A stretch of 64,000 nt of DNA from Eledone cirrhosa (taxonomy: Eukaryota): positions 105,214,001 to 105,278,000 of the forward strand of contig OZ024741.1 of NCBI GenBank assembly GCA_964016885.1. Direction: 5' to 3'. Positions 59,883 through 64,000 of the stretch are shown here, in pieces. The stretch's first letter is position 1. Each line of letters begins with the position of its first letter. The position numbers and the translations under genes were made by a program. Below the pieces are notes generated by a model. That model saw only the letters and a program-made list of their open reading frames with translations. It was not told the origin of the DNA and searched no databases.

Positions 59883-59936
59883 GAATATATAATCCAGGCG
59901 GATTTACATCGAGAAAGAGATTATCATCAGAAGACA
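59854..59936 (-). ncRNA. Complete type I hammerhead ribozyme
   Basis: tgtctt CTGATGA t-aatct...ggatt-t GAAAC cgcg GTA agggca. Confidence 0.78.
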
Positions 59937-60032
59937 TTTCTCTCTCGGAGAATATAAAATTCTCGAGTTAAAAATTTCGAATGAGAGCAAATGAATGATA
60001 AAGCAATTTTGTCATGGTGCCGTGTTCACTGT

Positions 60033-60137
<105 letters not shown>

Positions 60138-60174
60138 TATGCATCCTCTTTTTTGTTTTTCTTTCTATTTCCAG

Positions 60175-60332
60175 CTTGCAACCAGTTGACAAGCTTACCC
60201 GGTGACTACAAATATACAGCTGAAATATTCGCCCAGCCCTGTACATTTTTCTTCATAGGTAATCACCATACAAAAGTAGAGCTGGAAATTCTTGATATTC
60301 AAATTACCTGTGAACAAGGAGCGGAATTTTCA
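60175..60332 (+). CDS. CRHBP: Internal exon (158 nt, phase 1 to 0) of a corticotropin-releasing-factor-binding-protein-like gene
   Basis: Acceptor ttctttctatttccag and donor TCA|gtgagt. Encodes CNQLTSLPGDYKYTAEIFAQPCTFFFIGNHHTKVELEILDIQITCEQGAEFS, which aligns without gaps to my recollection of vertebrate CRHBP CLDMLSLQGQFTFTADRPQLHCAAFFISEPEEFITIHYDQVSIDCQGGDFL (same Cys spacing, SLxG, TA, FFI). Confidence 0.82.
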
Positions 60333-60729
60333 GTGAGTTTCTAAAATAATTTAAATTTAATATATTATAATATACATGAGTGTTTGTGTGTGTGGGGGTG
60401 TGTGTGTGTGAGATAAAAAGAGAGTTAGACTCTTCATCGACATTCGCTTGGTATAAAGATATTTCTGTCCAGTAAGGTGTGGGTTCGAGTCGCGCAAGTG
60501 CTAATGTCCTTTTTTTCTGTTAAAGGAACTTATATGCCTTATTATTTAAACCATTTCTCTATAGTCAAAAGAATTCTTCTAACTTTCTCATAAATTTTAA
60601 ATAAATTTCGCTCATCGTTTCTAAAAAAAACCACGTACGTATATATATATCGACAGTCGATCGACTTTCGTCAAATCGGACCGAGGAAACAATGTTTCCG
60701 TTGGGCTTTAGAATTGCTAATACTCTCTA

Positions 60730-60838
60730 TCGGTCACAACTCCAGGTATAAGGAACATGAAATAAAGTGACTTGCTCAAGGACATAATGCATCGCTCGGT
60801 CCAGGCATCGAACTCCCAACCTCACGATTGCCACGAGC
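60730..60838 (-). mobile_element. SINE fragment (same type as 54852)
   Basis: gaaataaagtgacttgctcaaggacataa..atcgaactcccaacctcacgattg. Confidence 0.6.
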
Positions 60839-61417
60839 CTTCACACACACACACGCACAAACACACACACACATATATATATATAGAGAGAGGGGGCTTT
60901 ACGAAATCACGCTACCACAAGATGCTTTGTGTATCTATGGCATTGCAACACGGCACCACACTTTCTTACTCAATGATAACTGAAATTCCAGAAACAGGAT
61001 ATTCATGCAGATTTAGTAGTGTAGTGGAAATAATTGAACAAATTAAATATATATAGTGCCAAGAGTTTCCGAAGAATATATCAAGGAAAAAAAGCGATGT
61101 TATACACGTCTTTTGATGAAGGTCCAATTAGAAGCGAAAATCAATTAAAGGGTTTACCGTTTTTTTTTATTTACAAGGAAATTGCTATTTTCTGGCATGT
61201 TTACGTGTCCCCAAATTAGATATGCATATGTATACACACACACACACTCACGCGCGCATGGTGCAGGCTGGTTACACACTCAAATTTTATACAGATATGA
61301 CTTTATCGTACACTTCGGCTGCTAGCGCACTTCACACTGTATATATATATATGTGTGTGAGGGAGAGAGAGAGCTGTGTTGTATATGTATATATCCGTGT
61401 TTGTGTATGCGCGCGTG

Positions 61418-61523
<106 letters not shown>

Positions 61524-61948
61524 CGTGCGTGTGTGTGTGTGTGTGCGTGCGTGTGTGTGTGTGTGTCCGTGTGTGTTTTTTATAACATTTTGTTTAGAAG
61601 TGTAAATGCAAGGTTAACGGCCGAGAAACTCGTATCTGTGTGACCAATATAACATTGCTCATCATGATGTTTACAACATTCATGTTTACATTGGAATTGA
61701 TATATTACATTGGATGTCTGAAGTACATTCGCCAGGCTGCAATGATTGTAGCATCATGTTCAGGAGAAAATGAAGTCAGGAAGGTCTTCAAATATTAATG
61801 CAATTACGAACGTTAATATTCCAAACTAAACATAAGACTAATAAGGAAATATGGAAAATCTTTCCTACAAAAAGATTAAACTCGAACACAATCGTGCCTT
61901 TGGATATCTGTTTATACATGTGTATATATATATATATATATATATACA

Positions 61949-62398
<450 letters not shown>

Positions 62399-62592
62399 TA
62401 TGTATATATATATATATACATATATATACATATATATATATGTATGTATGTTTTATGTATATATATATATATACATATATATACATATATATATATATGT
62501 GTACATAAATATATATATATATTCATATATATACATAAATATATTCATATATATACATAAATATATATATATAGATACATATATATACATAA

Positions 62593-62677
<85 letters not shown>

Positions 62678-62815
62678 CACGTGAATAAGACCGTTATTGC
62701 TCCAATCAATCTACAAACACTCAGCAAACACCCTAAACCGAACGCCAGCCTGTACTCATGACTCCTACCAAACCAAACCGCACTCACCCTCTAAATTCGG
62801 TAAATCACACACACG

Positions 62816-62911
<96 letters not shown>

Positions 62912-62912
62912 A

Positions 62913-62944
<32 letters not shown>

Positions 62945-62946
<2 letters not shown>

Positions 62947-63044
62947 TGTGTGTCCCAAAAATGTATACATACCTCAACAGTATTGTAATAAATATTGGCT
63001 GTACAGGTAATCAAAGTGTCTATATATTTTGGAGGGACACTCTG
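62945..63044. mobile_element. Tc1/mariner-type MITE (relative of 50166)
   Basis: gtgtcccaaaaatgtatac ... tatatttttggagggacactctg. Confidence 0.55.
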
Positions 63045-63046
63045 TG

Positions 63047-63081
<35 letters not shown>

Positions 63082-63259
63082 ATTGAGAGGTATTTTATTG
63101 AATAGATATAGATAATAAATTGATTAATATATCTAGATATATCTGGGAAGGCATGTAAGGAGATTTCTGTCCATGGCGGCCGAAGTAAATTGAAAAAAGA
63201 CGTCGAGAAACAAGTGAATGAGAAAATATAATTAATAATATATAAGAAATAAAAAGAAA

Positions 63260-63549
63260 TACACAAACACATACATCACCTCAAACACATATATACATAC
63301 ATCCCGTTACACAAACATACATCCTGTCACATACACACATACATCTCTTCACACTTACATATACATCACTTCACACACACATACTTCTCTTTACATACAC
63401 ATACTTCTCTTTACATACATTTATTTCTTCACACGCACATACACATACATCTCTTCACACGCATACATCTCTTCACAAGCATACATCGTGTCACACATAT
63501 AACCCTCATACTCCCACGCACATCCATCCCTTCACACTCATATATCTCA

Positions 63550-63591
<42 letters not shown>

Positions 63592-63950
63592 TCACACACA
63601 TACACATACACACATACACACTCACACAGACACACACACATCCATACATCTCTTTCACATACGCACATACATCCCATCACACACACATAGATCCCCTCAC
63701 ACACATATACATCGCATCAAGCACACACATACACACACGCACATATACATCTCTTCACACATATACACATGCATATTCTTCACACTCACAAACATTCGTC
63801 CCCGCACACACAAATAGATTCTTTCACACACAGATACATCTACTCACACACATATACTTCCCTACACACACAAATACACACACAAACATACATATACACT
63901 GACACACACACAGACAGTCATATACATACACATACGCCAATATATGTATA
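63260..63950. repeat. CA-rich degenerate minisatellite
   Basis: Repeats of acatacatctcttcacac. Confidence 0.85.
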
Positions 63951-64000
63951 TAAATGAACGACTTTATTCATTATATTATATATATAGATGACAAATATAG

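Noticed and set aside
60175-60258. Shorter exon ending at AG|gtaatc (60258)
   Set aside because: CRHBP-like similarity continues to the stronger donor gtgagt at 60333.
60455-60500. tRNA-like B box (gggttcgagtc)
   Set aside because: No cloverleaf can be drawn; probably a decayed SINE head.
61108-61150. TTGATGA...GAAA motif
   Set aside because: No consistent stems.

Overview
AT-rich, microsatellite-saturated animal DNA. The SINE families and repeat landscape resemble a cephalopod (octopus-like) genome; this is an inference from repeat content only. Nearly all ORF-track entries are (TA)n/(CA)n translation artefacts. The real content is: (1) one well-supported exon (60175-60332) of a CRF-binding-protein (CRHBP)-like host gene on the + strand, plus a phase-compatible 49-nt candidate upstream exon (50069-50117); (2) decayed retroelements (Tx1/L1-like, RTE-like, an R4/Dong-like restriction-endonuclease fragment, many Penelope-like RT/GIY-YIG pieces), a Helitron PIF1 fragment, HINE-like elements, mariner MITEs and tRNA-derived SINEs; (3) the most striking pattern, more than ten short elements embedded in (TA)n tracts that form inverted or tandem repeats. 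Most of these carry type I hammerhead-ribozyme (HHR) folds, including complete cores, U3-A8 covariant cores, greatly extended stem II or stem III, and retrozyme-like tandem units. All folds were worked out by eye and are untested.
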